NCBI GenBank assembly: GCA_025201805.1
Contig: MU619291.1
Coordinates: forward strand, 64,451 to 128,450
Origin: Parasitella parasitica NRRL 2501
Lineage: Eukaryota > Fungi > Mucoromycota
Reading direction: 5' to 3'
DNA: 64,000 nucleotides
In this document: positions 51,925 to 63,505 of the stretch, in pieces
Position numbering within the stretch: position 1 is the first letter of the stretch
Layout: each line of letters opens with the position of its first letter
Position numbers and translations under genes: made by a program
Notes under the pieces: model-generated
The model's database searches: none
Told to the model about the DNA's origin: nothing
The model's input: only the letters and a program-made list of their open reading frames with translations

Positions 51925-53539
51925 TCACAGACATGAACAAAAGCTGCCAAAACATCTCGAAAGGAAGCCTCGTTTTTGATCATCCAGTAATTCGTTCTGC
52001 TGCTGCTGCTGATGCAACAATAATTGGTGGGTTGAGTCCATCGTACGATAATTTACAATGCCTGCATCACTCAACATGGGCTGAGTTGATCTATACATGT
52101 TCTGTTGGCTGCTGTATCTTTTGTTTGATAAGCGGCGCTGATGTTTTTGCTGTTGCTGCTGCTGCTGTTGTTGTTGTTGCTGTTGTTGTTGCTTTTGCTG
52201 TCTACCTGGACGATCAACCGATACTGCATTGTTCAGGGCAACAATTGCGCTCTGTCGATGAGCATTGCGATATAGGTTGGAGCGAGACTATTACATTATT
52301 AACATACGATCCATTACACGCATAAAAATATCTGAATTGCTTTACCTCCCATCCTTTACCGTCGTTCAGCAACATCCAGTCATAAATGCCGTCGTCTTGT
52401 TCGCCCAATGTATTCAAAACTCTGTCGAATAAATCTTTCATGTACTGGTAATTGGGATTTTCTTCAAAATCAAGTCGTCTCGCATATTGTAAATAGAGAC
52501 CAAATTCTTCTGCATAAGGGAAAATAAAAGCGTTAGAGCCAACTCAACTCAGTGCCTCTTAAAATTCAAAAAATACCAGGAAACCCGTCGCACAAGTCCT
52601 TGACGCTTGTGGTTTGCTTTTTCTCGCCAATTCTTTCATATTTCTGCTTGTTTGTAGCAGCCTTCAGCCCTTGCCAAGGTAATGCACCTCTCAGAAAGTA
52701 CATGAAGACATGACCCAAGGACTCCAAATCGTCACGTCTCGATTGCTCCCTTCCTAAATGGGTATTTACACTCATGTAGCGAGCAGTACCAGATAAGCTC
52801 TTCTTCTCCCTGTATGGAATATGCTGCTTTGTCTTGGGGTCGCGGTATAGTTTGGCCATACCAAAGTCAATCAAGTAAATGGTATTGGCATATTTGGTGT
52901 TGGGTCGTCCTATTAGAAAATTGTCCGGCTTGATATCACGATAGATGAGATTACGTTCATGGATCGATTGCACACGAGTGATCTTTGCATAGGAACGATG
53001 AGTATATATATATATGTGGACAGAAAATTATTAAACTTACCATCTGTTTTGCAAGCATCGCCACTGTCTTTATACTAAATTTACGAGAGCACATGTCGAA
53101 TAAATCCTCTAGACTGGGGCCTAGTATGTCAATCACTAGTATGCTGTGAAGGCCCTCCTGGCCAAAGTAATACGCAGTAGGGATGCCACCTATCACCTGG
53201 CGTTGGTATGTTTACGTATGTTTAGGCGGTGATCACTTACTGATGCCTGTGAGTGTTTTGTAGGCGCGGTATTCTTCTCTCAGCTGTGGAGCGTCCGACT
53301 TTCTTGATTCGAATTTAATGGCGACTTGCTGGTTATTCATCAAATTGATACCTGATGACCTGATGGCTCAAGTAGCTGTTACAAGACACACAAGCAAAAG
53401 AATGCTACCTACCTTCGTAAATAATGCCAAAGCTGCCTTCACCTATTTTTCTTCCCACCTTGTAGTGGACACCAACTACGTTGGATGAAGATACAGAATG
53501 TGTTGAGTTTGAGCGTGTTTGCCGATGTTGACCTGCCAT
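51925..53539 (-). CDS. Casein kinase I (Yck/Cki-type), multi-exon
   Basis: [51 protein letters not shown]; polyQ tail ending [10 protein letters not shown]. Confidence 0.95.
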
Positions 53540-53779
53540 ATTGATTTGTGTGTATGTGCAAGCTGGAGCAGGTCCAAGTGTATTATTTCAAAATGGCAGT
53601 AGTAATAAAAAAAAAAAAAAAGGGTAGAGAGGAAGAACAAACAAAAAATGAGATTTTCTCAGAGAAGGAGGAAACGGAATGCGGCTATTTAAACCAGCGT
53701 AAACTGGCTCAAAGCCCAAATCCTTTCTACACCAACCCCAACAGTGCAGAGACCAGCCCTCTGTCGATCCTACATCTAA

Positions 53780-55550
53780 TCAAGCCTGAAAGCCTGACGC
53801 TGGCAGATGATTTTTATTACTAAATACCAAGCAATGTACCAAAATCATTGCCAAAAGACAGTCTGGGTCCTGTAATGCCAAAGCTCCATTCGCAGGGCCA
53901 TTGCTATTATTACCACAGCTGTTCCTATCGGTGTCTACTACCTCCGTTACATTTACATTACTTGACAATTGTGGCAATGGAGGTGGTGAAAGGGAGGCCA
54001 CGCTGGCTTTTCTAACCATGTAATCTTCCTCATCGCTACCATGTGCATACACCTTTGTCAAACGCCTATTTGCTTTCGCTGCAGCTGTGTTGGCTGGGAT
54101 TGGCGGTAATTGAGCATTTGCATATCTGTTGTGAGTCGGTGGAGGCGGATAGTCAAAGCTATTTAGGCTGCTGCCATAAACACTGCTGTACATCAAGTAC
54201 TGCACTTCAGGATCTATATTAGAGCATCTCCTTCTCCTACTGTTCGAGGACACCATGGGCTGGCCCAATCGAAAAGAGTCGTTTGTCAATGATGGAATTG
54301 AAGATAGTGTAATCTGTCTTTGAGGAGCATTCGTTGTGCGAGGAGAGTGCAATCCAGAAGAGGCTATTGTGTCCATAGCAGGAGACATGGTGGTGTTTCG
54401 TGGAAACAGCTCTTCTACGGCTTAGACGTCTTAAGCATATGGTCTTAGTGCAATGGTGGCAGGCAAACCAGGAGCTGGGCTAGAAGCAGGAGATGGCGGC
54501 CTTGAATGAAGCGTCGTTGGTTGGCTTTTGTTTGCCGAAAGGGTAGCAGAGGAACTAAGACTAGGCGCATTATGACTACTGCGTATGGATATCTCTGAAA
54601 AAATTGATCGCTGGTCGTCAATGCTGACATTATCCACAGGCCCAGCGGTAGCTGTGTCTTTAAATGGCCGACCTTGCCTTGTAGCATTTCTTGATTGCTG
54701 ATAGTCTAGATTGGAAAGCACATCTGCATTGGCTGCTTGTAGTGTTGAAGGTAGCGGTAATGTAGTAGTCTGTGGCGGTGGCGGTGATTGTCGCAAAGAA
54801 GGCTTTGCTTTGAATTGATTTACTTTTTCCCGTTTGCTAGATCGACATCAATGGGCTGCAATTGTTTTCTTTGCACGTGCGATCTCTTTATTGTGGGTAT
54901 TGCCGTTCGCGAGCGCTCTCCAAGCTGTCTTTGATTGTCCAAATGCAATGATTCTTTAGATGTAATGCCTAGATCAAATGCAGACGCAAATTTCTTTATT
55001 TGTCTTTGATTGCTGCTTTGGAGATGTGTTGCAGTCGATGGGAGTGTAGGTGTCAACGCCCTCCGGTCGAAAAAATTACAAGAGTTTACCATGTAAGCAG
55101 TACTTGCGAGCGGCAGTGATGGACTTCCACCAGGAAACATCAACGCAGCGGCTCTTATATCTGTTTGGTGATCTCTTTCTTCGGCATTGTCGTCGCCTAC
55201 AATTGGATGTGTATCCCGGCAAATGCTAACGTTGCCGCCATTGTGCGTGCTACAGTCATCATCGTCGTTGGCATGGTTACTATATTCCGGCTTACAAGGC
55301 AAGATTCGTGATCCGGCTGTTTCTTCAAGCGCATATTTCGTCATCAAGTTCTGTTCTGGCTGCTTTTCATGCGGTACGGATGCAATAATGATGGGCACCT
55401 TGGTCTTGATTTCCTCATGTTTCATCCCAAATTGGAAGGTAATCTCAAGCTGGTGGTAGACGGAGAAAAGAGGAGAGTCCAATGTGTAGCTGAGACGAGG
55501 GTGCAGCTCATGTCGTATCCAACAAGGTTTTTTCCAAGTCGAACAAGATA
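53780..55550 (-). pseudogene. Arrestin-like gene, 3' half (pseudogenised)
   Basis: TWKKPCWIRHELHPRLSYTLDSPLFSVYHQLEITFQFG..KVPIII; one-base frameshift in an A-run at ~54825; two in-frame TAA at 54431-33 and 54422-24. Confidence 0.8.
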
Positions 55551-55554
55551 TACA

Positions 55555-56045
55555 CTACTGATCGTTTTTAAACCATCGCTGCGCTGTGCGTGGGTTGATT
55601 TGAAGTTTTAGTGCTGCAGCTCTGGCACTCATACCCCTTTCATAAATCAAGGCAAACAACTGCTCCTTTTCTGAATTTTTGTGATGTTTGCGAATGTCGC
55701 GAGCTCTTGTATCTTCCTCCAGCTTGACATCTCTGTCGGCTGATTGTCGTTTGAGGTCAAGATACATACAGAAATTCGTCGCCATCTCAATGGGGTACAT
55801 CTCCTCATCTACCTCCATTTCCACTACTGTAACTGCCATGCCTTCGTCGTTATAAAAATTTTCTTGGCTGTCATCATGCACAAAATTATTCATTTTTGAA
55901 GAGAAATTTGTAAATGTAGCGGTCTGTGTGGTTAGTGTGGTTTGTGTGGTGTGAGTGCCACACTGCATTTTCACGTTTGAGGCGCCGAAACCATTACTTG
56001 AATGTCACCAAACAAAAAATGCAGTGTGGTTTTGACGCTCGCCTA
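55555..56045 (-). mobile_element. Tc1/IS630-like transposase 5' fragment with upstream repeats
   Basis: MNNFVHDDSQENFYNDEG..LFALIYERGMSARAAALKLQINPRTAQRW (HTH), truncated at the arrestin junction. Confidence 0.7.
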
Positions 56046-56371
56046 GTGTTCCCCAAAGTTAAAAATCGCTTTTCAAACAAAAAAAAAAGAGCTCTCTTTA
56101 TCTTAAAAATAACGACAATGACGAGAGATAAATTTAGTACCTATTTAAACTCTACTTCGTACATATACACTCAAACAGTAGCTTTGAATATGCATTTTAT
56201 GTCCGTAACTTTTGTAAAGGAATGACGCGTGATCAAGCCCGAGTTTGAAAGGATCCCCTTATTTTCTGTCGTCGGATAAATGTTTAAAGAGAGTGTGGCT
56301 TCGAGTGGTTTTCAAGTGTCATTCACACTCAAAGATTTTTTATTGAATAATGTAAGATAATAACTCTAATC

Positions 56372-57955
56372 ATGTCTGAAACTCCACCTATCGTATATAG
56401 TATAGCTAATATCAAAAATGCGTTGAGCATAATGGCATCGAATCAATCAAGGAAACTAACATTGGATCTAGTAATTTATGTTAAGGCCTCAGTATGGGAA
56501 GCATGTCTATTAAAGATAAACGAATACTGCGGTACCAAATGGACAAAACTAAGAAAATGGAAGAGTAGTGACAAAGTCGTATTCGGAGAAACAATACAAT
56601 ACCATAGAAGTGGAGCATACGAATCCAAGCGATCTGCACATATCGGTCAAAAGGATAGTAAGCGCTGTAGGTGTGCAGCGCTATTGAGTATTGCTAGCTA
56701 TCATGCAAATGTGCCAAGTCATTTAGGATCAGATGTTGTAGAGTTCAAACTTTTGAAAATCACACAAATCACACTCCTGGTGATTTAAATGAACTGGGCA
56801 CGTTGCCAATTAACAGCACGGCTTTTGACACTATCAAGTACCCTTTGGCTTTAGGAAACAAATGCAGAAGTATAAGAATTGCAACCCTAAAAACTTTGGG
56901 TACATTGAAAGAAGAAAACAAAGGATCTCGACGTCCTAGTTATGATGATGTTTACAATTTAATGAAGAAGGTATTGATATACAATTCGTGCTATCGAACA
57001 ATAATGAAAAAATCAAACTTTATAATTAAATGAAATATTACTTGTACAGATATCGAGAGAATGATATTAAATCGTTTTTATTTTGGTTGAATGATAAATT
57101 AGCTTCTCAGGGATATAAAAGTTTTGCTGGCAACCCACAATTGTCTTCACAAGACACAAGCTTGTTTGCTTATGGTTTTCAATCTCAAATTCAATCAAGA
57201 AAAATGGAACAGCATCAATCATTTTGTATAGACGCTACCCATGGCATTTCTTCTAGAAGCATGGAGGTTTTATATACCCTTCTAGTTAAATATTTATTGA
57301 CTGGAAAGGGCTATCCTTTTGCATATATGGTCACTAATGATCAAAGTGTAGGTCCTATAAATCAATGGCTTGTTTATCTGCGAGATAATTGTAATTTAGC
57401 ACCTACAGCAATTACGATTGACTGTAGCTTAGCTGAATTCAATGCCATTAAAGCAGCTTTTAGAAATCAAGTTGTTATCCATTATTGTGCCTTCTATATC
57501 TGGCGATCATGAAAAGATAACTTGGGTGCAAAACTGTCTTTACCTACGAGCATGTCAAACACTGAAGCAACAGAGTACAAACCGGATCTTTTGAACGACT
57601 CGCACTTAATTCTTGCTGAAACGAGGAAAAATTCATTATTTAGAAGAATAGAAAGATTCAAGCTAAAGATCGAAGAACATACTGAAGTCTTAGATTATTT
57701 TACTCGATACTGATTTAACAATGAAGAAGTAGTCAAGAGATGGTCGTCAAAGAAATCCACAAGTCATTTGTAACCAACAACTACATCGAAAGTTGGCATA
57801 ATCAACTAAAAGTCGTTTACTTTGAGGGACTAAGAATTAACAGATTGGACAGATTGGTCTTTGTCCTAACAAACGATGTTGAATATTACTTCACAGAAGA
57901 GTCTAATAGAATACTAGCAAATATTGGACGCATGGGCCCATTACAACTTTTTTAG
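56372..57955 (+). mobile_element. Mutator-like (MULE) transposase pseudogene
   Basis: FCIDATHG, GKGYPFAYM, ITIDCSLAE, HYCAFY (decayed CxFH), TNNYIESWHNQLK (DDE triad); several stops and frameshifts. Confidence 0.9.
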
Positions 57956-57979
57956 AATGTAGTCGAAGGAGACAGCTTG

Positions 57980-59330
57980 ATCTTTTTCGATGGCAGATCG
58001 ATTGCTTCTATATTAAAATCACATGGAAAAAACTGCTCGTTGATTATCAAAATTTACCTGATGAAGAGAAAGCCCTTTGTGGTTTTTGCCTTAACGGTAT
58101 TCTTGACCTCAGCAACAACAACGAATCTGGACAGAAACAATTATTTACCAATGATCAGTGGAAGTATTTGAACAAACACCTTAGGTCAAAAGTGGCAAAA
58201 AGAACACCTAAACTAAGCGATACTACCAAGGAAAGACTTGAAGAAATAATTGGAAAAATCAAAGATGAAGATGAAGAAGAATCATATTACATGGCTTTAG
58301 AAAGTACTAGAGATGCTCACCCGAACGATAAGTGGATGTTCAAAGTCGTTTCTCATGTGTAAGCATTGCATATTTTAGACTTTCAATTAGAGATGGTAAA
58401 TCCTCTATACAGTGTATTAATGTATAATTTTAGAATCAATTCATACAGGGAGCGCTCATATATATTCAATAACTCAACATCTGATGTGAGTGAACTAGAT
58501 TTATGATTAAATTATGGGGTGAGGTCCTGGAGCTCTTGATTGGTGATGACAAGAACCTTTTTATGAAATGGGGAGAGACCTCCACTGACACCACCACAGC
58601 AGTTCGACGCAGCAACAACAACAACTGACCCCACACAATTGGATGCAAGGTCGATGGGAGGATTGTCTGTCAAGTCTCAAAAAACATTGATACATATCAC
58701 ATTGAATCGGCTAGAGCATCAGCTAGCTATAGAAAAGTTATTGATGACAAATTCAAACTTGCTGCTGAGGCAAAATGCACGGTTGATGATATTGTGATCT
58801 CTGGAAATCTCTTCAAAGAACCTTCCGTCTGTTTACAAAGTTTACAAATCTTTGGTTTGCAAGCCAACGTATGTACCTTACACCTTCTCGATCGCGGATT
58901 CTACGTGAATTGCGTTGATCATGACATTTCACTTCATAACAGTCTTAAACGTTTCTCTGACGATTTTATCACTTGGATACGTCACCTAGCTTCATTAAAA
59001 AAAATTGTAAAAGTATTGCCTCATTGTCAAGCCAAGCTTATCATAACCAGCCAGCCACGCTTCCAGAGATGTTTAATTTACAAGATTTTGATGAAAGCCT
59101 TGATAAGTACTGCAACAAAGATTGGGTGACAGGCTCCTTTCTACCACCAACCAGCACAGGGATCTTTTCCCCCCAAACAGTTTCTTACCGTTACATCAAC
59201 AGTAAACAGATCATATAAGAAAGATTATCCAAAAAGTTATCTTGATGATGGAACTGAAGTTGTTTCAATATATAACAAAATGTCTCAAAAGAAATAAAAG
59301 CACCCATCTGCCTCATCTGCCTCCTCATCC
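57980..59330 (+). pseudogene. Broken PD-(D/E)xK-like nuclease-fold gene
   Basis: WGET..IGCKVDGRIV..IESAR..KVIDDKFKLAAEAKCTVDDI..LQIFGLQA..LHLLDRGFYV; frameshifts. Confidence 0.55.
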
Positions 59331-59544
59331 TATAAAAAGATACACAAGAACTAATAAATATGAGTATCTGTAGCATTGAACAAAAACTACAAATAAAAAA
59401 AGCTTTTGATGTATGGCCACGATTCTTCTCTTGTCTTATATCTTAATTGATTTTATTATTATTCCTTTCTTTTCTCCTTGGATTATTCATATAAAAAAGT
59501 AAGATCGTGCTATAGATGTTCTATTAAGTATGTGTTGCTTATCG

Positions 59545-59887
59545 TATATAACATCCAAGCGCTGACCATCACCTCATCAATAACGGTTATCCGGTTTCTC
59601 TATTTGAAAAGCTTTGCGAGAGCAGATTGTCTGTTCACACCGTTCTTTCGTGCTTGTCTTGAGCCTTCGTCTCTCAACCTCTACAACCAAGATGATATTC
59701 CTCAAATACAAGCCATGTTGAGTTTTGCTTCTTTCCGCAAACATCTCGCCATCCAACCGCATGATGTTAATTTTGCTTACAATCACGGACGAACTCGAAA
59801 CTTCCGCAAAATGGTCATTGAAGCGACAACTCGTCGTCTACCTACTACTCCGGTTACATCATGTATCTTCTGGAAACAGTTTTGGGT
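59545..59887 (+). mobile_element. Probable L1-like LINE ORF2 fragment (region just upstream of zf-RVT)
   Basis: LFTPFFRAC..RTRNFRKM..P..FWKQFW, the pattern preceding the C-terminal zinc finger of fungal L1-like ORF2; cut at the arrestin junction. Confidence 0.5.
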
Positions 59888-60365
59888 ATAACGTGGTTTC
59901 AACCAACGGAGACAACTCCTTGCAAGGCAGTAAGTGTCTTTTTAGAATGATGAGGTATTCAGCTGTCATTGTTCTTGTAATGCCAGTAGTGATGGTGACA
60001 ACGACTATGTAGTTGATAGTAGCTCGCTTATTTGAAAAGCTTCTGGGGTAAATATTTGGTACATCCAGCTCCCAAGGGATAATATGGTCTCCCGCTGGTA
60101 GATTTGTTTTACCAAGCAATGGCACTTTTAATTTGGGCAGTAATGAGCATACTGTTTCCACGTTGTATGGCGACTTTAATCTGATACCAATAAAGCCTTT
60201 AAATTTGATGGATATTTGTCTGATTTTTGTAGGTCTGATCAATGTAAATCCAACATGTCCTTGTAATGCTCTGGATTCCTCTGCGGATTGAAGTTTTGCT
60301 GGGCCAATGACTTCAATATAATTTTGTTTTGGGTTAATCTCTATCGACCTGAAATCATCCTTCAT
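59870..60365 (-). pseudogene. Arrestin-like gene, 5' half (arrestin-N fold)
   Basis: LQGHVGFTLIRPTKIRQISIKFKG..LPAGDHIIPWELDVPNIYPRSF..ATINYIVVVTI..IILKRHLLP; ORF ends at foreign sequence. Confidence 0.8.
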
Positions 60366-60566
60366 GATGTTATTTTGCTATTTCAGCAGGCGCAAAGTAG
60401 TAAGGGAAAGCAAGAAAGAAAAGGATTTGGAACTAACGAAGAAAATGCTTGTTTTTCAGGTTAAATACAGCAGTGTTACTCAAAAAGTGGAGTATTAATG
60501 GTTGCACTCTACTTGTAAAACATTATTAATTCTTTTTTTTTTTTTCTTTTATACACAAAAAGTATA

Positions 60567-62402
60567 ATGAAGCTTGCGCTAGGGTGCTTATTTGCACTGA
60601 TGGTCGCAGAAGCTTATTTCGCTCCGTTTACAAAGGTCGAAGAGAGCTTCAATCTACAAGCAACGCACGATATCATACACCAAGCAGATCAGTTTGACCA
60701 TGTACTATTCCCTGGCGTTGTGCCGCGTACTTTTGTAGGTGCATCCTTATTAAGCTTATTCGCATGGCCGTTGATTAAATTCGCTCAATTATCCTCGATC
60801 AACCAACAAGTCTTGGTCCGTGTTATTCTGTCTGCCTTTGTTGTCCTCTCCCTGGGGAGATTCGCTTCTGGTGTCAAATCTCTGCTGGGCCCAACAGCTG
60901 CAAATGTAACTATTATGCTCATCATTTGTCAATTCCACTTCGTGTTTTGGTCTTCTCGCACGTTGCCAAATACATTGGCGTTGCCATGGGTTCAGCAGGG
61001 TCTATCTCATTGGCTGTACAGCCTATCACAATCCAGTGGTCGTACACAACATTTGAACTGGATGATTCGGCTCCTAACATTTGCTGGTGTTGTGTTTCGG
61101 TTTGAAGTAGGCATCTTGCTAGTTGTCTTGCTGATAAGCGAATACATGCATGGGACAATCACAGTATTAAATACTCTAAAGCAAATGTCTGTTACTTTTG
61201 TTGTTAGTTTGCTGATTACGGTACCTCTAGATTCGTATCTTTGGAACGCATGGCTCTGGCCAGAAGGCATGGTCTTTCATTTCAATGCAGTTCTCAATAA
61301 GAGCTCTGAATGGGGAACTCTGCCTTTTTATGCGTATTTCGCCCTATTTCTGCCTCGCTTACTCCTCATTTCATACCCATTGGCATGCTTTTCTTTTGCA
61401 ACAAATGGGCGAGTTCGTCGCATGTTGACACCCATGATTGTTTATATCGCACTATTCTCCTTCTTGCCACACAAAGAATGGAGGTTTATTATCTACGCAA
61501 TCCCTGTATTCACTGCTGCTGCTTCTGCTAGTATTGCAAAGTCTATTCATGCCGCATCTCGTTCCTGGTTACATCGCATTTCACTTTTCGTTATGTTGGC
61601 GGGTGCTGCTGCGTCATTTGCAATTGCCACCACCATGTTTCAAGCATCTCGATTTAACTACCCTGGAGGAGAAGCTTTGCTCGCTTTGCATCAGATTGAA
61701 AAGAATAAGCCCTACGTGCATGTTCATATGGACGCTGAAACTGCCATGACAGGGGCATCTCTCTTCGGTCAATCTAACCCCAACTGGTCTTACTCCAAGA
61801 ACGAAGCACACACGTCTCAAGACGACTTTTTGGACGCCCATTATACACACGTTATCACAGCTCGTCCTGAAATGTTTGACATGACATTGTTCGAAATCAT
61901 TGACAAGACGTATGGATTGGATAAAGTGCAGCTGAAAACATTACATGAATACAAGAAATCTATTCAGAAGCACAACATCTCACCTATTGAATTCATAATG
62001 TCTCCTAAATTATATACACTTCGGTTGATCAACCCTCAAAAGGTTTGGATTCAAATCATGTTGCGCAAATTCCCAGTTGTACTCTACAGCAAAAGCTATT
62101 GGTAAAGTTCATTTTATGTGTATTGTAACGGTAACACAAAGTTCTGATTTCTGCCTTGTTGTTCATATTGCAGTCCATATTGTATGGCGGCCAAGCAGCT
62201 CATCTCGAAATACTGTAAGCATATAGAAGTCATTGAAGTGGATCGTCAAAGAGATGGAAACGAAATACAGGATGCTTTGATTGAATTGACTGGTCAACGT
62301 ACATTTCCAAATCTATTCAAAAGTGGTAAGAGCTTAGGTGGGTATGACCGGCTATCAGCGCTAGACAGAGAAGGAAAATTAGCTGGACTTTGTGATTCCT
62401 AA
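60567..62402 (+). CDS. ALG12: ALG12 alpha-1,6-mannosyltransferase fused to a C-terminal glutaredoxin (intron 62102-62173)
   Basis: PFTKVEESFNLQATHD, FPGVVPRTFVG, SRTLPN, LPHKEWRFI, NYPGGEAL, AMTGASLF, YSKNE; then PVVLYSKSYC/PYC, TGQRTFPNLF, LGGYD. Confidence 0.92.
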
Positions 62403-63505
62403 AATGTATAAACTTGGTTCTCTGTGAGACCATGATAACAAAACAAATGCTGTCCTCTAGTTGCGTTGAAGGAAACTTGTATTTGTTTGATTACAATAGT
62501 CAATAATACGTATTTTATTATAAATGTATCATGTATTGATAGTATTCGTATAAACACTCTACTGCATTGGTACAGCAGTATATATACATTTCATAGTTTC
62601 AAATTAAATGCATCAATAAATCATTCATGAATATCATTAGTGCAATTCATATACCAAAGTTATCGTAAAACTTTTTTAGCAAGATATCTATCTATTCAGA
62701 CATTCATTCATCCTTCAACTCTTCAATGCACAAAGTATCTCTTACGCTGTACTGATTGGTACAAGTAGCCGTATTGTGTGTGCATTTTTAGATTACACAT
62801 ATTTATACACTAATTGATCATATGCAATGCTATACGTTGTCAATGTTAAAGATGTAATAAAATAACCTTTTTCTCTCGTTAACTTGACTTTATATTATTT
62901 TACAAACATTCTTCCCTAATGCAGATTTATTCATACTACAGAAAACTAGTCCTTTTATGCTCGTTTTATAATATATTATGGAATAGTATCCCTTTGTTTT
63001 TACAGTCGTCCACTATAAACATACTACATATTTACCAGAATATTTCCGTATTAACAAAAGCTCGTATATATCACTGCGATAAAGAGCAAATCAAGAACTG
63101 TTTTATGCGCCATAAGATCGGGCAAGATCATCGCTATCTGAGCATAACTTGCTTTCACTCGGCAATGTCTCTATCAAAAGATACATGCAAAAACAGTTTT
63201 ATTTTTCAATATTTATCATGTATTTAATAGATGAAGTATATGTAATGGAAAAAAAATATATAAATGACAGATAAATTCACACAAATTTTCATCTATCTGT
63301 AGTACTAGAAATGAAATCTAATCGACAACTTCATTACCTGAAAATAATATACCGTTTTCTTCCATCTGCATGTTGGGAATACCCTAAACATTTAATTGTC
63401 TATGTTTAGAATAAAAGTGCAGAAATAGTTTTGTTCAAAGACACAGAGTGAGAGACACGAATTGATTTTAAAGAATCACTGAAGAACAACGCAATTCCTA
63501 ATACT

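Noticed and set aside
51933-52325. 130-aa plus-strand ORF with poly-Ala/Val
   Set aside because: Antisense reading of the casein kinase polyQ tail
54380-54830. Programmed frameshift or stop readthrough in the arrestin-like gene
   Set aside because: Several independent lesions plus TE disruption are better explained by pseudogenisation
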